From Jiulongibacter sp. (lineage in GTDB: Bacteria > Bacteroidota > Bacteroidia > Cytophagales > Spirosomataceae), in the NCBI GenBank assembly GCA_965249455.1, contig OZ252236.1, forward strand, positions 102,161-166,160: a DNA stretch of 64,000 bases. Direction: 5' to 3'. Position numbers and translations under genes: made by a program. Shown here in pieces: positions 57,484 to 64,000 of this stretch; the stretch's first letter is position 1, and each line of letters begins with the position of its first letter. Below the pieces are notes generated by a model, which was given only the letters and a program-made list of their open reading frames with translations, made no database searches and was not told the origin of the DNA.

Positions 57484-58980
57484 TTATCTATAACCATTAT
57501 TAGTGGGGTCTGAATCAAGCAAAGCCGGATTCAACACTATTTCTTCTGCGGGGATTGGAAGTTTAACCATATGAGGTTTTATGTTTTCATTTCCTTTAAA
57601 GATTCCGTAGTCTGCATTCTGAACAGTTTCTACTAAAATCCCCCATCTTATCAAATCATATCTTCTTTCAGACTCGCCTGCCAGCTCCCATTTGTATTCA
57701 TCTCTGATGGCTTGTCTAAGCTCTGTCTGGCTTAAGCCTGATAGTGGCTGAGCCGGAGAAAAGGCACGCTCTCTCACTTGATTAATATAGGTTGCAGCGT
57801 TAGAGTCGTTAAGCTCGTTGGCCGCTTCAGCCGCCATAAGATAAACATGAGCCAAACGCATGGTGATCCACCATTCACCGTGATTACCACGTGGAGAAGC
57901 TACAAAGTCGAAATTGGTTCTTTTCTTCAGGTACGAATATCTTAAAGGGTATCCTAAATACTCGTTCATGATGTTCATAGGCCTTCTGAGGTCTTCCTGA
58001 GGATACGTATTCACCAAGTCATTTAAAGGTACCGCAAGCCCGTAACCATTAAACTCTTCTCCTCTTGAAGTAAGCAATGCGGCAAATTCATTTCTTTGAG
58101 CCGACTCCAAAGGCTCATCACGAAGTCTTGGATTAAATGAATCTGTAATTACCTGTGCGTTTCCGCTTACATCCTTCGTAAAATCGAAGCCAAAAATGGC
58201 TTCATCGTTGTATTGATTATCAATATCAAACACTTCTTCATACGTAGGAAGTAGTCTGTGAGGTGAATTATCAATGATATCCTTCGAAGCTTCTAAAGCT
58301 CCGGCCCAGTCTTCTTGCCACAGGTTAACTCTGGCTCTAAGAAATTTAGCGGCCCATTTTGTGGCTCTGCCCAGGTCTCCTCCTGAATGAGAAGAAGGTA
58401 GAAGATTCTCTGCAGCCTTTAAATCGGCCACCAGCGATGTTCTTATTTGAGCAGCATCTGTTCTTCCTAAAACGGATACTTCGTCAAGCGGTAGTTCTTC
58501 AGTAAAAAACGGAACATCTCCCCATAAAGCCGTCAGATGATAATAAGCCAAAGCTCTTAAAAAGTAAGCTTCGCCTACGGTTTGATTTCTGATGGCCTCA
58601 GACAGTTTCTCGTTTGACTCTACATTGGCAATTACCGAATTGGCATCTCCAACGATAGCAAAAAGGTCACGCCAAACGATATAAGCGTTTCCGTAGTTTG
58701 TTTCGGTCAGGTTGTAATCCATGATTGGAGCTAAACCACCGAAAATCCTACTTGGCATCATCTCGTCGCTACCAAAGAAAGTCCAGGCAGAAATGCCCTG
58801 CCAGCCACCATAAAGGTTTTCAGCTCTAAAGCCTTGATAGAGTCCGTTAGCAGCCTGAATTGCCTCCTGATCGGAGTTGTAAAAATTTGCCGGAGAGATT
58901 ACTCCACGTACGTTTTCTGCCAGAAAGTCGTCACAACTTGACAAACTTAATGCAGCTAGTAATATGAATATTTTCTTCAT
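57484..58980 (-). CDS. susD: SusD/RagB family nutrient-binding outer-membrane lipoprotein
   Basis: It has a lipobox (LSLSSCDDF) and the TPR-like SusD fold length. It lies immediately downstream of the SusC-like gene. Confidence 0.85.
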   Translation of the reverse strand: MKKIFILLAALSLSSCDDFLAENVRGVISPANFYNSDQEAIQAANGLYQGFRAENLYGGWQGISAWTFFGSDEMMPSRIFGGLAPIMDYNLTETNYGNAYIVWRDLFAIVGDANSVIANVESNEKLSEAIRNQTVGEAYFLRALAYYHLTALWGDVPFFTEELPLDEVSVLGRTDAAQIRTSLVADLKAAENLLPSSHSGGDLGRATKWAAKFLRARVNLWQEDWAGALEASKDIIDNSPHRLLPTYEEVFDIDNQYNDEAIFGFDFTKDVSGNAQVITDSFNPRLRDEPLESAQRNEFAALLTSRGEEFNGYGLAVPLNDLVNTYPQEDLRRPMNIMNEYLGYPLRYSYLKKRTNFDFVASPRGNHGEWWITMRLAHVYLMAAEAANELNDSNAATYINQVRERAFSPAQPLSGLSQTELRQAIRDEYKWELAGESERRYDLIRWGILVETVQNADYGIFKGNENIKPHMVKLPIPAEEIVLNPALLDSDPTNNGYR

Positions 58981-58991
58981 TTTTGATTGGA

Positions 58992-61900
58992 TTAAAAGTT
59001 AGCTTTTACACCAAAAGTGATTGTTTTTGCATTCGGATACTCGGCTCTTACTATACCTCTTACCGTAGAGTTTGAGCTCAGGCGATTGGCCTCCGGATCG
59101 TATCCCCTGAAACTTGAAGCCAGGAAAAGGTTATTACCTACGCCATAGACATTCAGGCTTTTAATGGTTGAAGACTTAACTGGAATGTCATAGGCCAGCT
59201 TAATGGTTTTTACTCTCAGATGAGAGCCATCTTCAAGAAGTGCTGTGTTAGATCTTACATCTGCAATACTGATCATACTTCCTGCACGTGGAATGTCCGA
59301 AGTATTGTTGGTAGGTGTCCATCTGTCGTTTAGCTCAGCATAGAAGTTCGCGGTACTTCTTCCAAAGAAGCCACGCTGATTGTATTCGTTATAAATGTCG
59401 TTACCGTAGGTTCCCTGAAGGAATACATCCAAAGTGAAATTTTTATAGGAAACCGAGTTATTGATACCTCCAAAGAAAAGTGGCTCAGGATTCCCCATTA
59501 CCACATGATCATCATTATTGATTTTCCCATCTCCGTTTTCGTCCTTAAATCTTGGGCCACCTACTACTTGTCTGATACCTAAATTTCCATCGGCGTCTAT
59601 TTCTTCCTGCGACTTGTAGGTACCTAAATACTCTACCCCAGTAAATACACCTACCGGCTGTCCTACTATTAATTTAGCACCCGGACCTCCCTGCTCCAGG
59701 GTATATATGATGATTTCATCTACGCCAGCAATGTTTAACACTTTTGATCTGTTACCTGAAAGTGTCAAAGTAGACTCCCAACGAAAATCGTTTTTATTGA
59801 CATTCACAGTGTTTAGCATGAACTCTAGCCCCTGGTTTTGTATTGACCCAATGTTCTCAAGCTTTGTATCAAAACCTGTTACTTTCGGAATCTGACGAGC
59901 CAATAAAAGATCTTTTGTTCTCTTATAATAGTAGTCTATTTCACCAGTGATTCTATTGTTCAGAAAGCCAAACTCAAGTCCTACATCCACCTGATTAGTG
60001 GTTTCCCACTTCAATTCCGGATTGGCCGGACGGCCACGCTGTATACCCACGGCTTGTACGTCATTGAATACTAAAATGCTGTTATTTAGCACTGCTAAAG
60101 TGTTGTAAGGATTGATAGACTCCTTTCCTGCACTACCTAAGCTGGTTCTCAATTTTAGGTTGCTGAATAGGTTTTGATTCTGCATAAATGGCTCATCAAT
60201 AATTCTCCAGGCAAAAGCCGCCGAAGGGAAAAACGCATACGCATTGTTTGAACCGGAATAAACAGATGCACCATCCACTCTACCTACAACGGTAAGCAAG
60301 TATTTATCTTTGAAGGAATAATTGGCACGACCTAACCAGGATACCAACTGACGTGAGTCACTGTATCCTGAACCCACACGGTATGTCAATGGATCACCCA
60401 GACTTAAGTCATCATAGCCAATAGCGTCAATTGAGATTCCTTGAGTTTGTGCCCAGAAAGACTCCTGACTTCCTTTTTGCCAGGTAAATCCACCTAGTAA
60501 ATCAAAGCGATTGTTGTCGTTGATTTTCTTTGTCCAGGTAACGGTATTCTCCTGAAGTATATCAAAACTAAAGTAGGTATTGACGTCACCAAAACCACCT
60601 GTCTGAGCTACTGCTCTTTGAGGAAGTAGGCCTGAGTCGTACTGATTTCTCTTTGACCAGTTAATCTTTGGTCCAATGGAAGATCGAATCGTGATGTTTT
60701 TAGCAGGTTTGTACTCCACATAAGCGGTGGTTAGTAAGTTGGTACCGTAAGTAAAATCTGTACGCTGCTCTATATCAGCAATAGGGTTTCTCAGAACACC
60801 ACCTGTTACAGTATTGGCATCCCAATAAGAACCATCCGGATAGTACGCCGGAAATGCCGTAAGCACTTCACGCATACTCCAAAGGTCTACCTTATTGTTA
60901 TTGGTGTTTGTAAACGAGCCATTTAAACGAAGGCCAGCAGTTACTTTAGGAGTGATTTTGAAATCAAAGTTTGTTCTCAAATTGTAACGCTCCAGTCCGG
61001 TGTTTTTTATAATCCCTTCCTGATTAAAGTAATTGGCAGAGATGTAATAGTTAAGATCATCATTCTGACCCGCTATGGAGATATCTCCATTATAGATAGC
61101 CCCGGTTTGAGTTATTAAATCTTGCCAATCTGTATTACCGGCTTCAGCAGGGTTTGTGAAGGGATCTGCCTCTCCGGAAAACTCTGATAACTCTTTACCA
61201 TAGGCAATTCTATCCGGGCCGTTCAGGTAATCAATCTTGCGAGCAATATTCTGTACACCTGAGTAAATGTTCGCTGTTACTGTTGGTTTTCCGCTTCCGG
61301 CTCCTTTACCGCTTTTAGTGGTAATCAGAATTACACCATTGGCTCCTCTAGTACCGTAAATAGAGATGGCCGTAGCGTCTTTCAGAATATCAATAGATTC
61401 AATATCATTGGTATTCAGATTATTAAGATTAAAGTCTGTACCTACAATAAATCCATCGATTACGTATAAAGGCTCATTGTCAGCATTTACCGAGTTTCCT
61501 CCTCTGATTCTAATGGAGCTCCTTGCTCCGGGTGAACCGTTAGATGAGGTTACCATTACACCTGCAGCTCTTCCCTGAAGCATCTGATCTACTCTGGAAC
61601 CAGGAGCATTCTCGAGGCTCTCGGCATCTACCTGAGCCACTGAACCCGTAAGGTCACGTTTTTGAGTAACACCGTAACCCACTACAACTACTTCATCAAG
61701 CAAGGCGTCAGATTGATTAAGGGTTACATTAATTATGGTCTGATTACCCACAATTACACTCTCACTTGTGTAACCAATAAATGAGAAAATAAGCTCTTCG
61801 CCAGGCGAAGCCTGAATGGAGTATTTGCCGTCAATATCAGAATTTACCCCCCGGGTAGTTCCCTTGACAATCACACTCACTCCCACTAAATCTTCGGAGT

Positions 61901-62006
61901 CCTGATCTATAATTTTTCCTGTAATTAGGCTTTGGGCCTGAAGGCCAAAAGTTAGAAAAAGTAAGAACAGTACTGCGATACTTTTTGACTGTAAATTTCT
62001 AAACAT
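58992..62006 (-). CDS. susC: SusC/RagA family TonB-dependent transporter
   Basis: It has a carboxypeptidase-regulatory N-domain, a plug, a 22-strand barrel, 1004 aa and a C-terminal F. Confidence 0.85.
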   Translation of the reverse strand: MFRNLQSKSIAVLFLLFLTFGLQAQSLITGKIIDQDSEDLVGVSVIVKGTTRGVNSDIDGKYSIQASPGEELIFSFIGYTSESVIVGNQTIINVTLNQSDALLDEVVVVGYGVTQKRDLTGSVAQVDAESLENAPGSRVDQMLQGRAAGVMVTSSNGSPGARSSIRIRGGNSVNADNEPLYVIDGFIVGTDFNLNNLNTNDIESIDILKDATAISIYGTRGANGVILITTKSGKGAGSGKPTVTANIYSGVQNIARKIDYLNGPDRIAYGKELSEFSGEADPFTNPAEAGNTDWQDLITQTGAIYNGDISIAGQNDDLNYYISANYFNQEGIIKNTGLERYNLRTNFDFKITPKVTAGLRLNGSFTNTNNNKVDLWSMREVLTAFPAYYPDGSYWDANTVTGGVLRNPIADIEQRTDFTYGTNLLTTAYVEYKPAKNITIRSSIGPKINWSKRNQYDSGLLPQRAVAQTGGFGDVNTYFSFDILQENTVTWTKKINDNNRFDLLGGFTWQKGSQESFWAQTQGISIDAIGYDDLSLGDPLTYRVGSGYSDSRQLVSWLGRANYSFKDKYLLTVVGRVDGASVYSGSNNAYAFFPSAAFAWRIIDEPFMQNQNLFSNLKLRTSLGSAGKESINPYNTLAVLNNSILVFNDVQAVGIQRGRPANPELKWETTNQVDVGLEFGFLNNRITGEIDYYYKRTKDLLLARQIPKVTGFDTKLENIGSIQNQGLEFMLNTVNVNKNDFRWESTLTLSGNRSKVLNIAGVDEIIIYTLEQGGPGAKLIVGQPVGVFTGVEYLGTYKSQEEIDADGNLGIRQVVGGPRFKDENGDGKINNDDHVVMGNPEPLFFGGINNSVSYKNFTLDVFLQGTYGNDIYNEYNQRGFFGRSTANFYAELNDRWTPTNNTSDIPRAGSMISIADVRSNTALLEDGSHLRVKTIKLAYDIPVKSSTIKSLNVYGVGNNLFLASSFRGYDPEANRLSSNSTVRGIVRAEYPNAKTITFGVKANF

Positions 62007-62175
62007 AAGTTCGCGATAGGTTTGGTTAATATTTCTTTTAAGAATCGTTAAGCAAACCTAATCCATTATATATGGCCAAATGTCTCAAAAGAGGGGCACA
62101 AATGAATCATAGCCAATAATCCCCTTATTATAAATTATTTATAATCACTTCGGGACTTAGAAAGATGGAAAAAAA

Positions 62176-64000
62176 TTAGTTTGAAGAAATGCTCGCTAAA
62201 GTTTTTACGTATTCTTTGGGCGAGCAGCCAAACTCTTTTTGGAAACATTTGGCAAAATATTTCGGGTTATTGAAGCCTGTTTGATAGGCTATTTCGGAGA
62301 TATAATAATTCCCTGCTTTTAACAGTTTAGCGGCCTTTTTTAGTCTGTATGATCTGATGAAAACTGAAGGTGGCTCACCCAGTAAGCTTTCCATTTTTCT
62401 ATAGAAAGTGGCTCTGCTCATAGAACACTCTTCTGCCAAAAACTCCACACTTAGGCTATTGTCCTGAATGTGTTTTTCAATCAAACCAATTACCTGTTTT
62501 ATAAACAACTCGTTTGGCGATTCTTCCTCATCAATTTTGGGGTCAATCTCAAAGGATTTGGAGTACTTTGACTTTAAAATGTTTCTGTTTTCAATCAGAT
62601 TTTTTGCTCGCCACTTTACCAGATCAGGGCTAAAAGGTTTATCGATGAAATCATCAACTCCGCTCTGAAGGCAGGTCAATTTTTGAGACTCTGCATTTAA
62701 ACCTGTGAGAATAATAAACGGAATATGGCAGAGAGCCGCATCTCTTTTAACATTTTGAAGCAGCGTAAGTCCATTCATACGCGGCATTGATAAATCACTA
62801 ATTACCAAGTCAAACTCCTGATTGAGCAAAAGCTCAAAAGCTCCCTCACCATCTGAGGCCTTGGTAATGTCAAAATCACTAATCAATGTCTGTTCTAAAA
62901 GGCCCAGTATTTCTGCCTCATCATCTACTAATAGCAGTTTAGGCTTAAGTTTATTACCCTTGGTAAGCGTGCCGTTTCGGTCTTCCAGAATGACCATACT
63001 ATGGGTAGATAATTTAAGCTCACTGGTCAAAAAGTGGCTCTTCTCAATTGGCAGATAAAATAAAACGTGCGTATAAACACCTTCCTGACTCTGAATATCA
63101 ATAAACCCTCGGTGTTTTTTAATCAAACGAGTCACCAGTTCCAATCCAATACCGGCTCCTTTTCGCTTGGTTTCAGAAACATTATTGCTGGCCTGATAAA
63201 AGCGGTTAAACAAGTTTTTAATTTCATTAGAAGGTATACCTATTCCGGTATCTTCCACTACACATTTAAGGTAGGTTCCGGGTTTAGGGGCAGAATCAGG
63301 CAAATCTGACTTTTCAAGTTCTACCACCTCACTTCTTACTAAAACCTCCCCACCAGAAGGGGTATATTTAAGGGCATTGTTTAACAAATTCAGAAGAATG
63401 ATTTCCAGCAACTCCTCATCAATCCAGGCCTCTTTAGGCTCAGTGCCTAAGCTGTAATTAAGGTTAATATCTCTTACTACCGCAAAAGCTTCTGTTTCTT
63501 TGCATATTTTTTCAATAGAGTCGAAAAGCTTATTCTGGCCCACCTGAAGAACAAACTCCCCCGCCTCACTGTTTCGGATATTCATAATCTGATCAGTCAT
63601 TTTCTTTAACCTCATGGTCTGCTGATACAGGTTATTTAAAACCGCCTGATTCACTTTTTTCCCGGACAGTGCATTTTCTAAAGGCCCTAGCAGCAAACTA
63701 AGCCTGTTTTTAATCTCATGCGAAAGATCAGAAAAGTAGATCATCTGCTGATCATGCAACGCTCCCAGCTCTCTCTCCTCTTTTAGCTTATGCTGAAGGT
63801 TATTCCACCTTCTGAATAAATAGTACGCCAGATACAGTAAACTTACTGCTACAAGAAAATAGATTACGAAGGCCGTGGTAGTCTGCCAAAAAGGTTTGCC
63901 CACATAAATACTCACTCTTTTAATGTCTGTACTCCAGATTCCGTAACCATTGGCCGCTTTTAACTCAAACACATAATGCCCAGGCGGAACATCAAGAAAC
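62176..64000 (-). CDS. hybrid two-component system regulator (Y_Y_Y/periplasmic sensor, HisKA, HATPase, REC, AraC HTH), N-terminus beyond window end
   Basis: The C-terminal AraC HTH, the REC domain (LLVDDEAEILGLL) and the kinase core are all visible. The reading frame stays open to position 64000. Confidence 0.8.
   Translation of the reverse strand, partial: FLDVPPGHYVFELKAANGYGIWSTDIKRVSIYVGKPFWQTTTAFVIYFLVAVSLLYLAYYLFRRWNNLQHKLKEERELGALHDQQMIYFSDLSHEIKNRLSLLLGPLENALSGKKVNQAVLNNLYQQTMRLKKMTDQIMNIRNSEAGEFVLQVGQNKLFDSIEKICKETEAFAVVRDINLNYSLGTEPKEAWIDEELLEIILLNLLNNALKYTPSGGEVLVRSEVVELEKSDLPDSAPKPGTYLKCVVEDTGIGIPSNEIKNLFNRFYQASNNVSETKRKGAGIGLELVTRLIKKHRGFIDIQSQEGVYTHVLFYLPIEKSHFLTSELKLSTHSMVILEDRNGTLTKGNKLKPKLLLVDDEAEILGLLEQTLISDFDITKASDGEGAFELLLNQEFDLVISDLSMPRMNGLTLLQNVKRDAALCHIPFIILTGLNAESQKLTCLQSGVDDFIDKPFSPDLVKWRAKNLIENRNILKSKYSKSFEIDPKIDEEESPNELFIKQVIGLIEKHIQDNSLSVEFLAEECSMSRATFYRKMESLLGEPPSVFIRSYRLKKAAKLLKAGNYYISEIAYQTGFNNPKYFAKCFQKEFGCSPKEYVKTLASISSN

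Overview
This 64 kb window looks like a chromosomal segment of a marine Bacteroidota (Cytophagia/Flavobacteriia-like) genome. I base that on the SusC/SusD pair, a hybrid two-component regulator with an AraC output domain, many lipoprotein signal peptides, formylglycine-type sulfatases, and the 'PVC-type' heme-binding dehydrogenases typical of Planctomycetes, Verrucomicrobia and Bacteroidetes. I found no transposases, CRISPR array or rRNA genes.

Gene content, left to right:
- 1-9.4 kb: a partial AraC regulator reading leftward, followed by a rightward nine-gene carbohydrate catabolic operon. The operon encodes an SDR reductase, a ROK kinase, a SIS-domain protein, a Gfo/Idh/MocA oxidoreductase, a MetE-like protein, an MBL hydrolase, a Tat-exported TIM-barrel isomerase, a DeoC aldolase and an MFS transporter.
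- 9.5-10.6 kb: a darcynin-family protein and a second SDR reductase.
- 10.6-20.9 kb: a seven-gene minus-strand operon built around two giant dehydrogenases, each with a beta-propeller, HEAT repeats and a C-terminal c-type cytochrome (CxxCH). They sit with ThuA, a TIM-barrel isomerase, an enolase-superfamily dehydratase, a VOC protein and a 2-hydroxyacid dehydrogenase.
- 21.2-23.3 kb: an arsenosugar-type trio of GT2 glycosyltransferase, AhpD-like protein and radical-SAM ArsS.
- 23.3-26 kb: an AT-rich islet carrying a family of about 115-nt repeats and two orphan genes.
- 26-28.7 kb: a lipoprotein and a sulfatase.
- 28.8-33.2 kb: the most interesting locus. It holds RtcB RNA ligase, a divergent WYL-domain regulator, an SPFH/band-7 protein and, upstream of the SPFH gene, a tandem array of tRNA-like elements that lack anticodon arms. 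These resemble bacterial Y-RNA (YrlA-like) tRNA mimics. Two near-identical TACGCA-N7-TGCGTA palindromes mark the rtcB/regulator promoter and the promoter of the tRNA-mimic array.
- 33.3-45 kb: MFS transporter, hemolysin-III, a TIM-barrel/NTF2 fusion, a LytS/LytTR two-component pair, an outer-membrane beta-barrel protein, a class D (OXA-like) beta-lactamase and an Omp85-like protein.
- 45.3-52.3 kb: a five-gene LytTR unit comprising a TPR histidine kinase, a LytTR response regulator, a stand-alone LytTR protein, an 849-aa secreted protein and an S74 tail-fibre-like protein.
- 52.7-64 kb: a sulfatase-only polysaccharide utilisation locus with three sulfatases, SusD, SusC and a partial hybrid two-component regulator.
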